64,000 nt of DNA from an uncultured delta proteobacterium (GTDB taxonomy: Bacteria > Desulfobacterota > Binatia > UBA9968): contig CAWFJP010000010.1 of assembly GCA_963816145.1 (NCBI GenBank), positions 1 through 64,000 of the forward strand, read 5' to 3'. Below, piece by piece: positions 11,066 through 19,325 of the stretch (position 1 is its first letter; each line of letters starts with the position of its first letter). Made by a program: the position numbers and the translations under genes. The notes beneath the pieces were generated by a model. That model saw nothing but the letters and a program-made list of their open reading frames with translations, did not search any database and was not told the origin of the DNA.

Positions 11066-12436
11066 TTATCCGTCGGCTGGGATGTTTAGTTTCATGCCGA
11101 TGAAGATGTAGTTGGGATTCTTGAGAGTATCCCGATTCGCTTCGTAGATTTTTTCCCACTTGGCGCCGTTGCCGTAGAGCTGGTCGGCGATCTTGCTGAG
11201 AGTGTCGCCGCTTTTAACGGTGTATTCCTGGGCGGCTTTTTTGGTCTGCACTGCGGTGGCTGGCTCGGCTGTTGCTGGAACTAGCTTGGCTACCGGCTTG
11301 GCTTTCTCTTCGGTGGCGACTGCTTTGGTCTTGGCGTCGGCAACCTGGACACCGCCCTTGGTCGGCGCCACGCTCGGAACCGGTTCAGTACGCGGCGCGG
11401 CCTTGGCCACCGCAGCAGACTTGTAAAGCTTGTCGATAAACCCCGAGCTCTCCAGTTCCTTCAAAATCGTCGTATCGACAAACTGTTCCGGGCGCGCTGA
11501 GCGCGCCGCCGGATCCTTGGCACCGAACTCACGCAATATAATCTGAATGCCTTTTAGCGTCGGGTAGGGCTTTTCCGGTACCAGGGTTTGGATGATCGAG
11601 TCGTACGTATCGTCGAGTACTTCTTTATCGTCGGTGCGCAAATACTTGGCGATGATCTCGATGCTTTCGCGGCGATGGGTCTTCGCGTAGTGGATGCCTT
11701 CGACGTAGGCGCGCATGAAGTCGCGAGCTAGTTCCGGCTTTGACTTGAGTAGCGCACGGGAGGTGGCAATGCTCGTGTGCTGATACTCCAGGCCGAGCAT
11801 CTGCAAATCCGCCAACATCGGAAAGCCCAATTTTTTGGCGCGCACCGAAGTCGGCATCGACAACATCGCGCCTTGAACCTTACCCGCTTCGAGCGCGGCG
11901 AGCTGCGCTGGCTGGTTTCCTAGTTGCAGCACCGCGACCTCCTTGTTGGCATCGATGCCGTATTTATCGAGGGCGTAACGCATCGCAAAATCGGTCGCCG
12001 AACCGTAACGGGTGACGCCCACGGCTTTGCCTTTGAACTGATCCGGACGGGTGATGCCTCGCTCGGTGAACAATTGAAACGTCAAGGTGTTGATGACGCT
12101 GGCGATCATGACGACGTCGGCGCCGCGCAAAGCGCTCTGGATCACCGGCGGCCCCGCGACCGATGCGAAGGCAATATCCCCGGCGACTAAGGCTTGCGCA
12201 GTGGTGGTGCCGGATTCAATCAAGATCGACTGAACTTCAAGGCCATACTTGCGGAAGAAGCCTTTGTCTTGGGTGACCCACAGCGGCGCAATGTTACCTG
12301 AGATCGAGCTGTAGGCGACATTGATCTTCTGCAATGGCTTATCCGCTGCCTTGGTGAAACGAGGTAATAGGATCGCCACTGTGATGACCAATGCGGCCGT
12401 CAGCGATTTTTTAAAAATAGTTTTAAACTGTTTCAT
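11066..12436 (-). CDS. NMT1/SsuA-family substrate-binding protein-LysM fusion, copy 2
   Basis: One residue differs from copy 1 (FGSKD/FGAKD); GGAGGAG RBS. Confidence 0.88.
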   Translation of the reverse strand: MKQFKTIFKKSLTAALVITVAILLPRFTKAADKPLQKINVAYSSISGNIAPLWVTQDKGFFRKYGLEVQSILIESGTTTAQALVAGDIAFASVAGPPVIQSALRGADVVMIASVINTLTFQLFTERGITRPDQFKGKAVGVTRYGSATDFAMRYALDKYGIDANKEVAVLQLGNQPAQLAALEAGKVQGAMLSMPTSVRAKKLGFPMLADLQMLGLEYQHTSIATSRALLKSKPELARDFMRAYVEGIHYAKTHRRESIEIIAKYLRTDDKEVLDDTYDSIIQTLVPEKPYPTLKGIQIILREFGAKDPAARSARPEQFVDTTILKELESSGFIDKLYKSAAVAKAAPRTEPVPSVAPTKGGVQVADAKTKAVATEEKAKPVAKLVPATAEPATAVQTKKAAQEYTVKSGDTLSKIADQLYGNGAKWEKIYEANRDTLKNPNYIFIGMKLNIPADG

Positions 12437-12468
12437 CGAAGTTATTCTCCTCCGTTAATTCGTTTGAT

Positions 12469-13245
12469 TTAACTGTCGCGGTTTAAGCGCACCATGGCGG
12501 CTTTCAAACTAGCGCGCATTCTTTCCAGGGAGCGGCCCAATTCGCCCACTTCATCGTCGCTTTGAATCGAGACCGAATGGTCGAGGCGGCCGCGGCTGAT
12601 TTCATCTGCGATGGTTTTCAATTCCAGGATCGGTTTGATGGTACGGCTGGCGAGCATGATGGAAAGGCCGACGCCGATGGCCAGGCAGACAAAAATGAGA
12701 CCGACAATCGGCAGCAGGGTGGCACGCATGTCGTCTTGCATGGCTTCCGCCCATAGGCCAACTCTAACGACGCCCAGTTGGCCGTCGAGGACCGGGGAGC
12801 GAGTTTCGAAAACCGACTTGCCTCGTAGTGCGGTGATTTTTGATGGGGCGGCGGAGCCCGCGGCTTCTTTCAGCTCCGCGGGGAAGGGTTGAACGCTGCT
12901 CGCCAGCACTTCACCCTTGGCATCCTGCACGAAGGCATAGGCCACGCCGTCGAGCCGTCCGTATTTTGCAACCAAGGCATCGAGTTCGAGTGTGCCCTTG
13001 CTCGATACGAATCCCGCCGAAGCATCGGCCAAATTGGTGGCGATGGCGGCGGAGCGCAAATCCACTTGCTTTTGCAGCGCATTGCCGGTGAAGAGGTAGA
13101 CGATGGCGATGACCAGCAGGCCCAGGACGAAAATCAGGCCGCTAAAGGTCGCGCTGATTTTCCACTTGAGGCCGCCTCTGCGCCAGCCTTCCGCTGCTGG
13201 TTTTACAAACTTGGAACCTTCGATGGATACGGAGTCTTGAGCCAT
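12469..13245 (-). CDS. Two-TM HAMP-domain membrane protein, copy 2
   Basis: Identical translation to 6935-7711; AAGGAG RBS. Confidence 0.85.
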   Translation of the reverse strand: MAQDSVSIEGSKFVKPAAEGWRRGGLKWKISATFSGLIFVLGLLVIAIVYLFTGNALQKQVDLRSAAIATNLADASAGFVSSKGTLELDALVAKYGRLDGVAYAFVQDAKGEVLASSVQPFPAELKEAAGSAAPSKITALRGKSVFETRSPVLDGQLGVVRVGLWAEAMQDDMRATLLPIVGLIFVCLAIGVGLSIMLASRTIKPILELKTIADEISRGRLDHSVSIQSDDEVGELGRSLERMRASLKAAMVRLNRDS

Positions 13246-13278
13246 GCATGTCTCCTTGTGGCGCCGTCAGCGATTATA

Positions 13279-14073
13279 CTAGAAACGTTTGAAATTGGAG
13301 ATCTCTTGATAGATCGATTCTTCGAATTTGTTACGCTGCTTGGTGTCGGAGATTTCTTTGCCGATGAGGCCGATGAGATCGTCCAACTTGGTTTCAGGCA
13401 GGCTATCGCTGGTTGCGCCGAGCGCTTCGACCTGATCGCGCATGACCAGCGGTGCCATCGGACCGATGATATCGGTCAGGATCACCGACAAGCGGTCAAG
13501 CAGCGCAGCGGGGACCAGATCGCCTACCGGCTTCACCGGCGTGGTGACCGCTTCGATCAGTCCCGACTGGTGCAAATTGAAAAGTACTTTGGCTATATAG
13601 GCGAACGGGATGCGGAGTATCTCCGCGACTTCTTGGACCGTGCGAATGCCATCGAGCTTGCTCAGTACGCGCCAACCGACATTGGGAATCGTGATCGGCC
13701 CGGTGTTGTCCTCGGCCAGATCGGCGATGCGAAAAAGCGCCTTACCGGATGGCACCACATCGAGAATGGTTTCCCATTCATGCGTCATCGCTTTGATGTC
13801 TTGCAAGAGCTCCGAAGATTCTTTGGTGATGGTCGCTTGTGGCGCCGTGCCATTAGGGAGGAGGTTGAAATTTCCTTCGCCCCAAGTCACCGGATAGAGC
13901 AACGCTTTCTCACCTTCGCCAATCGGGCACTTGGCGTGAATAATGTTTCCCGCGTCAAGGTAGACATCGACGACTTCCTTGCCGTGAGTCAACTTTAAAA
14001 TTCCCGTCTTCTTGGCGCTGGTGGCGAGCAGAAGCAGGTCGTTCAAGCTAATTTGCGAAAGGTTCCCTTGCAT
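13279..14073 (-). CDS. DUF4388 (PatA-N-like) protein with wHTH-like middle and helical C-terminal domain
   Basis: MQGNLSQISLNDLLLL..KKTGILKL..GNIIHA..W.EGNF DUF4388 pattern; WRVLSKLDGIRTVQEVA; C-terminal IIGPMAPLV. Confidence 0.85.
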   Translation of the reverse strand: MQGNLSQISLNDLLLLATSAKKTGILKLTHGKEVVDVYLDAGNIIHAKCPIGEGEKALLYPVTWGEGNFNLLPNGTAPQATITKESSELLQDIKAMTHEWETILDVVPSGKALFRIADLAEDNTGPITIPNVGWRVLSKLDGIRTVQEVAEILRIPFAYIAKVLFNLHQSGLIEAVTTPVKPVGDLVPAALLDRLSVILTDIIGPMAPLVMRDQVEALGATSDSLPETKLDDLIGLIGKEISDTKQRNKFEESIYQEISNFKRF

Positions 14074-14099
14074 AATCTTAGTCTGTCAAAGCGGCTTGA

Positions 14100-14426
14100 T
14101 TAACGGTCTTCCAGCGTACGCCGAGGGTCTTTGCCGTTTAAGCTTTTCTTGCCCATCTCGGAAACGTCATCAGATCCGCTCAGGGTCACCTTCAAGGTTT
14201 TGATGATTGCCAGACTTTTGCTGATGCCGACCATTTGCTCTAGCGTCGACTTGATCTGACCTTGCAACATCTCCACCTCTTCGATAGAGATGCCCTGGAG
14301 CTGAGTCTGGAGCTCATCGTAGAGCCGGGTGATGCCATCGATTTGGCCTAATGATTGGGTTTTTTGAGTGATATCTTCGTACAGCCTCGATATATCCTCA
14401 GTGAGATTTTGTAATTCGTTTCTCAT
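14100..14426 (-). CDS. Hypothetical coiled-coil protein (108 aa)
   Basis: GGAG RBS; heptad pattern with internal repeat ISRLYEDI/ITRLYDEL; tight operon spacing. Confidence 0.75.
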   Translation of the reverse strand: MRNELQNLTEDISRLYEDITQKTQSLGQIDGITRLYDELQTQLQGISIEEVEMLQGQIKSTLEQMVGISKSLAIIKTLKVTLSGSDDVSEMGKKSLNGKDPRRTLEDR

Positions 14427-14444
14427 TTTCGTCTCCAGCCTTCG

Positions 14445-16034
14445 TTATCGTTTATTTTTTGTTTGACTCTCGACATCGGTTGAATTGCGTTGGGTCATAC
14501 TTTTGCTGTCCCCGACCGCTTTGGGTGTTTCATCTCGCGATTCTCCATCACCCTTAGCGGTGCCCTCATTCACCAATGTCGGGGTTTGTTTCGGCATTGG
14601 TGGTGGTGTCTTGAAAAAATAAATTCCGCTGATGACCAGAGCGAGAATCACGAATGCCAGTATGCTGGCTTTCTTGATGTTTTCGCTACCCTGATCGGAA
14701 TAGAGATCATATTCACCATAGTCTTTGATAATTTTCTTAAGTTGACGATCAAGGTCCCCGTCTTGTCTTACAACCGGAGAATTCCCCGCCACCGGGGCAG
14801 ATTGCGCCGCGACCGAATCCTCAACCGTTCTGGCTTTCTTTTCGGAAATCTGTAGCTTATTGTCCAAGATGACCGCCGGAAGATTCGATTGCGTGGCTGT
14901 CTCGCCATGGTTCGATTCCGAGGGGTCTGCCGCACTGATGGCCGTGACCTGGTTCGGTTGCTCTGGAGGATCATCGTGTAATAGGTTCGCTATAGGTTCG
15001 GGAGATTTTTGGTTTTTCTCTTCGGTGCTTGTTCGTAAAATGGTAGTCGAGGAAAACTCGCCATAATTCGATACCAATTCGTCCAACAGGCGAAAATCGA
15101 AGCTGTCATCGGATTGAACTGGGATTTTCGCTTCATCCAGATGGCGTTGCTTAGACTTCCGTGGTTTGCTGTTTTTCGACGGAGCAGTCTTGCCGGAATT
15201 TGTCGATGACACGGGACTTGAAACGCTCGGATAAGACTCGCCCGTAGGTCCTGCCGTTGTAATCGCGCCTAGGGCGACTGTTCCCTGCGGGTCCAACGGT
15301 GGAAAGTCCGTTGATTCAGTATTATCCGTTGGTGAATCAGCAGCCGAAACCGAAGCCATTGCTGTTTCAATCTCCGCCTGAGCGGTGGGGAATACGGTAA
15401 ATGTGTCGAGGACAGGAAGCTTATAGTCAGATTCGTTGGGGGGAGTTGTCTCTAAGGAATGGAGCAACTCCTCGCTTATAGAGTCGTTCTTTGTCGTGGT
15501 TGAAGATGACACGAACGCCGCGGTGACACCAATCGCCGTGCTGACCTCGCTTGATTTCGGCGGGTAGGTGTTTTCCCAGGGATGCGCGCAATTGTTTTTA
15601 GGCGGCAACAGATCGGTAGCGGGGTGGGATTCACTGGTCGATTCACCAGAATGACCTGAATTCGTCGCTTCGGCGGTGGCTCCGGCTTTTAACGCAGCCA
15701 TGACTCTGTGCAGTTTGATCAGTTTGCTCGCTTTGATGATGGCGTGGAGTCTTGGATGATTTTCCAGGCTATCGAGGGTACTCGCTTCGGTATCCACTTG
15801 AGGGAGTTCGGCAATTGAGTTGCTGACGACCTCCGAGACCTTTTTCAGATACGCCACGACGGCGATTTTTTTATGGCACTGTCCAAGGTGATGGATCAAG
15901 GTTCGCGCGGTGGCTTCGGCATTTGACACGTCGTCGTTCGATAAGGTTTCGAGTCGTTTCTGTAGGCCGTGCAGGGAATTGAACATCTTATCGAACCTGT
16001 CGGACGGCGCTGCGGATTGATCGATGTTGCTCAT
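14445..16034 (-). CDS. Hypothetical protein: helical N-terminus, long S/T/P/E-rich disordered region, single C-terminal TM
   Basis: Long ORF; TM ASILAFVILALVISGIYFF; repeated motif LVSNYGEF/IIKDYGEY. Start placed at ATG 16034 (or 16070) because a sigma54 promoter lies in the ORF's 5' extension. Confidence 0.75.
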   Translation of the reverse strand: MSNIDQSAAPSDRFDKMFNSLHGLQKRLETLSNDDVSNAEATARTLIHHLGQCHKKIAVVAYLKKVSEVVSNSIAELPQVDTEASTLDSLENHPRLHAIIKASKLIKLHRVMAALKAGATAEATNSGHSGESTSESHPATDLLPPKNNCAHPWENTYPPKSSEVSTAIGVTAAFVSSSTTTKNDSISEELLHSLETTPPNESDYKLPVLDTFTVFPTAQAEIETAMASVSAADSPTDNTESTDFPPLDPQGTVALGAITTAGPTGESYPSVSSPVSSTNSGKTAPSKNSKPRKSKQRHLDEAKIPVQSDDSFDFRLLDELVSNYGEFSSTTILRTSTEEKNQKSPEPIANLLHDDPPEQPNQVTAISAADPSESNHGETATQSNLPAVILDNKLQISEKKARTVEDSVAAQSAPVAGNSPVVRQDGDLDRQLKKIIKDYGEYDLYSDQGSENIKKASILAFVILALVISGIYFFKTPPPMPKQTPTLVNEGTAKGDGESRDETPKAVGDSKSMTQRNSTDVESQTKNKR

Positions 16035-16135
16035 GTCTGAGAGGTTTTCTTTTCTTACGGCGGACAACATGCTTTGCTGGTTTCGCTCCCAAAACTGGAC
16101 GATGGCGTGCAGACTGGTGCTCTTGTTCTCAACTA

Positions 16136-16151
16136 AGCAAAACGGTTGCCA
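16136..16151 (-). promoter_or_regulatory. Sigma54 -24/-12 promoter
   Basis: Minus strand TGGCAACCGTTTTGCT fits TGGCACG-N4-TTGCW with exact GG-N10-GC spacing; directly downstream of a sigma54 activator gene. Confidence 0.7.
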
Positions 16152-16422
16152 TGAATGCCCAGAAGAAAAGGCCTGCCTTTTCAATCACCTAAGACTGGGT
16201 TGTCAGCAAATTACTCGATAACTCCACCAATTCTGTTCACTTCGAACAAAATTGTACGTGGCCGATACCGTCTATCTTTTTGGTTTTGTTGGGAAAATCA
16301 GTCGGCGGGGCCTGGTTGCCGGGGCCCGTGAGGCTGCCTCTTTAGCTCAACGGCCAATCCTCGGCCAAGGACACAAGGATGCGCCGGACCATCTGCTGAT
16401 CGCTAACAAGTATTCGTTCCGG

Positions 16423-17703
16423 CTAGTTTGTCAACGAGAATTTGTCCAGTTTGCGGTACAGTGTGCGAGTTGAAATACCCAAGGCTTCGGCGGCTTTAGC
16501 CTTGTTGCCGTTCGTCTGGCGCAGCGCTTCTTCGATCACCAGGCGCTCGCCCTCTTCGATGTTGCGGATCGCTTTGCTGCCGATCTCTTCGCTATGGCCG
16601 GTTGCGTATTGCTGTAAGTTCATCGGCAGATCGCTGATGGTGATGTAGTCGCCGTCCGAGACCATCACTGCGCTCTCGATGACGCTTTTAAGTTCGCGGA
16701 TGTTGCCGGGCCAAGGATAGTCGAGGAATAGCGTCTTGGCTGAGCTGGTGAGCTTTTTTAGCGGCTTGTGAAATTGATTGCATGCCTGGTAGATGAAATT
16801 CGCGACCAACAGTATGATATCTTGGCGGCGTTCGCGCAGCGGCGCCAGTATGATGCGCGCGCTGTTGAGCCGGAAGTAAAGATCCTTGCGAAAACCGCTG
16901 CCTTGGATCGCCTCATCAAGTTCTTTGTTAGTTGCCGCGATGATGCGAACGTCGCTGGTTTTCGGCGACGATTCGCCGACCCGGTAGTATTGCCGGGTTT
17001 CCAAAAATCGCAGCAATTTGAGCTGAATCGACGGCGCCAGATCGCCGATCTCATCGAGAAACAGGGTGCCGCCCTCGGCGGCTTCGATGAAACCTTTCTT
17101 GTTTCGGTCGGCGCCAGTGAAGGCACCTCTGACATAGCCGAAGAGTTCGCTCTCGACCAGAGTCTCCGGGATCGCCGTCATGTTGCAGCCGACGAAGGGC
17201 TTGTCGGCGCGCGGTCCATGGGCATGAAGATACTGCGCCATGACCTCTTTTCCGGTCCCGGTCTCGCCGGTGATCAAGACCGTGATGTCGTGCATGGCGT
17301 AACGGTTGGCGAGGTTCAGCACTTCATGAAATTGCGGCGTGTCGCCGATCATTTGCGGCGCGACAACGGAGTGTGGCCCATTCGCATCCGATGGGTTCTT
17401 GTTCGATTGGCCGAGCAGGCCGTAGAGCGCTTGCACATGCTGCGGATCGTAGCAGATCAACGCCGTGTGATCGGGGTTCTGCCGCAGTTGTTCAGTAAGC
17501 GCACTCCAGGCCGGCCCTTGGCACAGCGCCAGATCGGCGAACACATATTTCAACTGCTCGTTGGGGAATGCCGCGAGCACGCGTCCCGCTTCTTCGATGG
17601 AGCGGCTGACGTGAATCGAGCAATCCCGTGCTTCGGCGACCTTCGAAATACTCGTCGTCGCCGCATCGCTCGATTGGATGATCAAGGCTAGGGGTTTGGC
17701 CAT
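16423..17703 (-). CDS. Sigma54-dependent enhancer-binding protein (NtrC/Fis family) with degenerate receiver-like N-terminus
   Basis: [36 protein letters not shown]-terminal Fis HTH. Confidence 0.93.
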   Translation of the reverse strand: MAKPLALIIQSSDAATTSISKVAEARDCSIHVSRSIEEAGRVLAAFPNEQLKYVFADLALCQGPAWSALTEQLRQNPDHTALICYDPQHVQALYGLLGQSNKNPSDANGPHSVVAPQMIGDTPQFHEVLNLANRYAMHDITVLITGETGTGKEVMAQYLHAHGPRADKPFVGCNMTAIPETLVESELFGYVRGAFTGADRNKKGFIEAAEGGTLFLDEIGDLAPSIQLKLLRFLETRQYYRVGESSPKTSDVRIIAATNKELDEAIQGSGFRKDLYFRLNSARIILAPLRERRQDIILLVANFIYQACNQFHKPLKKLTSSAKTLFLDYPWPGNIRELKSVIESAVMVSDGDYITISDLPMNLQQYATGHSEEIGSKAIRNIEEGERLVIEEALRQTNGNKAKAAEALGISTRTLYRKLDKFSLTN

Positions 17704-17709
17704 CGATCA

Positions 17710-19170
17710 TCACTCAGGAACGGGAGAATTGGGTAAGACCACCATGTTTTGTAGCGAGTCAGTCAACAATTCGGTCGTGATCCGCGGCGGCGTACCGAGA
17801 TAATTGGACGCCGCCACGACATGCTCCGCGATAAATTTTGGATGAAATCCAGCAAATGGAACTTTGTGCTTATTATAGAATGAATTCAACAGGTAGGACA
17901 TCATTTCATCATTAAATTCCAGGCCGTAGGAGTCGCAGATGCGCTGGAAGATTTCGCGAAACTCCTGCTCGGTGGGCGGTTGGATCTGCATCTTGTAATG
18001 GACGCGCCGCAGCTGCGCTGGGTCCATCAGCTCCTCGGGAGGAAAGTTGGTGGCGAAGATGACCAGCTGGTCGAATAGTACGGTGAACTTCTTGCCGGTG
18101 TGCAGGGTCAGATAATCGAGTTTGCGCTCCAGCGGGATGATCCACCGGTTGAGCAATTCATGGGGGCGCACCCGTTGGCGGCCGAAGTCGTCGATGACAA
18201 AGACGCCGCCAATGGCCTTCATCTGCAGCGGCGCTTCGTAGTACTTCGAATGCACGTCGAAGTCCAAGTCGAGCATCTCCAGAGTCAGTTCGCCGCCAGT
18301 AATCAGGTAGGGGCGCTTGCAGCGCACCCAGCGAGGATCGTATTCGAGATGAGGCAGCAGAATCGGATTGGCTACTCCGCCATTGGCGTCGGCGCCGTTG
18401 TTGGTCGGAAAGGTGACATGGACCGAGGGATCGTAGATCTTGATGATCTGACCGTCTTCTTCGATGGCGTAGGGGACATAGACCGGCTGCTCGAAAGCGC
18501 TCACCAATGCTTCGGCGATGGAAGTCTTGCCGTTGCCGGCGGCGCCGTAAATCAGCACCGCGCGGCCGGAGTTCGATGCCGGCCCGAGCCGGCGAACAAT
18601 TTCTGGCGACAACACTAGATGCGACATCGCCTTTTTCAATTTTTCGATGCCGATCACTTCGTTGGTGATGGTCTGCTTTTGCACTTGCTCTTGATAGACC
18701 TCCAACGGCACGGGCACCGGGCCGATGTATTCGCAGCGGCGCAGGGCTTCGCTGGCGCGCTCCTTGCCGGCGTTGGTCAAGGCGTAACGCATGATGTTGT
18801 AATTTTTTTCCGATGGACCGCGAATCTCCACCAGCGCTTCTTTCTTGGCAAAGTTGAGCAGTTCATCGATCACTCCCCGAGTCAGTTTGATCTGTTCGGA
18901 AAGCTCGGGGATGGTCTGGAGGGCCGAGATGTACATGGTGCGCAACAACGCGTTCAGCAAGAAATTAGCTTCTAGCCCCGTTTCCGCGATACTTTTTGGC
19001 ACCTGTGGAGGTTCCGAAATGACAGCTTCAAGATCTTCGCGAGTGAGGTAGCCGAGGGCGACCAAGTTGTCGCCGAGGCGGCCGCCGGCAATTTTCTGCT
19101 GATGCAGAACACGATCGAGCTGCTCTTGGGTGATAACCCCCTTCGCGCGCAATAGTTCACCTAAAGCCAT
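17710..19170 (-). CDS. AAA+ ATPase with N-terminal MshEN-like domain
   Basis: LGELLRAKGVITQEQLDRVLHQQ..RLGDNLVALG; Walker A GAAGNGKT; Walker B FVIDD; FATN sensor; LRR finger. Confidence 0.85.
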   Translation of the reverse strand: MALGELLRAKGVITQEQLDRVLHQQKIAGGRLGDNLVALGYLTREDLEAVISEPPQVPKSIAETGLEANFLLNALLRTMYISALQTIPELSEQIKLTRGVIDELLNFAKKEALVEIRGPSEKNYNIMRYALTNAGKERASEALRRCEYIGPVPVPLEVYQEQVQKQTITNEVIGIEKLKKAMSHLVLSPEIVRRLGPASNSGRAVLIYGAAGNGKTSIAEALVSAFEQPVYVPYAIEEDGQIIKIYDPSVHVTFPTNNGADANGGVANPILLPHLEYDPRWVRCKRPYLITGGELTLEMLDLDFDVHSKYYEAPLQMKAIGGVFVIDDFGRQRVRPHELLNRWIIPLERKLDYLTLHTGKKFTVLFDQLVIFATNFPPEELMDPAQLRRVHYKMQIQPPTEQEFREIFQRICDSYGLEFNDEMMSYLLNSFYNKHKVPFAGFHPKFIAEHVVAASNYLGTPPRITTELLTDSLQNMVVLPNSPVPE

Positions 19171-19325
19171 GGTAATTACTCCCGGTTCCGAAGGAAATTG
19201 TTGTCTTTATTTCCTGCAAGGCCTATATTTGTCAGTATAGTCTTCAAAATTTCGTTTCATTATAGGTGCTGGTGGAAACCTGTCAAGAAAACTGTTGCGC
19301 TGCCGCACTCCGTGGCGGAGGCCGA

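Larger units (their letters stand above)
8507..14041 (+). repeat. Tandem direct duplication, copy 2
   Basis: Near-identical to copy 1 from ~9550 on; clearly divergent over 8507-9470. Confidence 0.95.

Noticed and set aside
16768-17691. 307-aa plus-strand ORF
   Set aside because: Antisense to the sigma54 activator; typical high-GC shadow frame.
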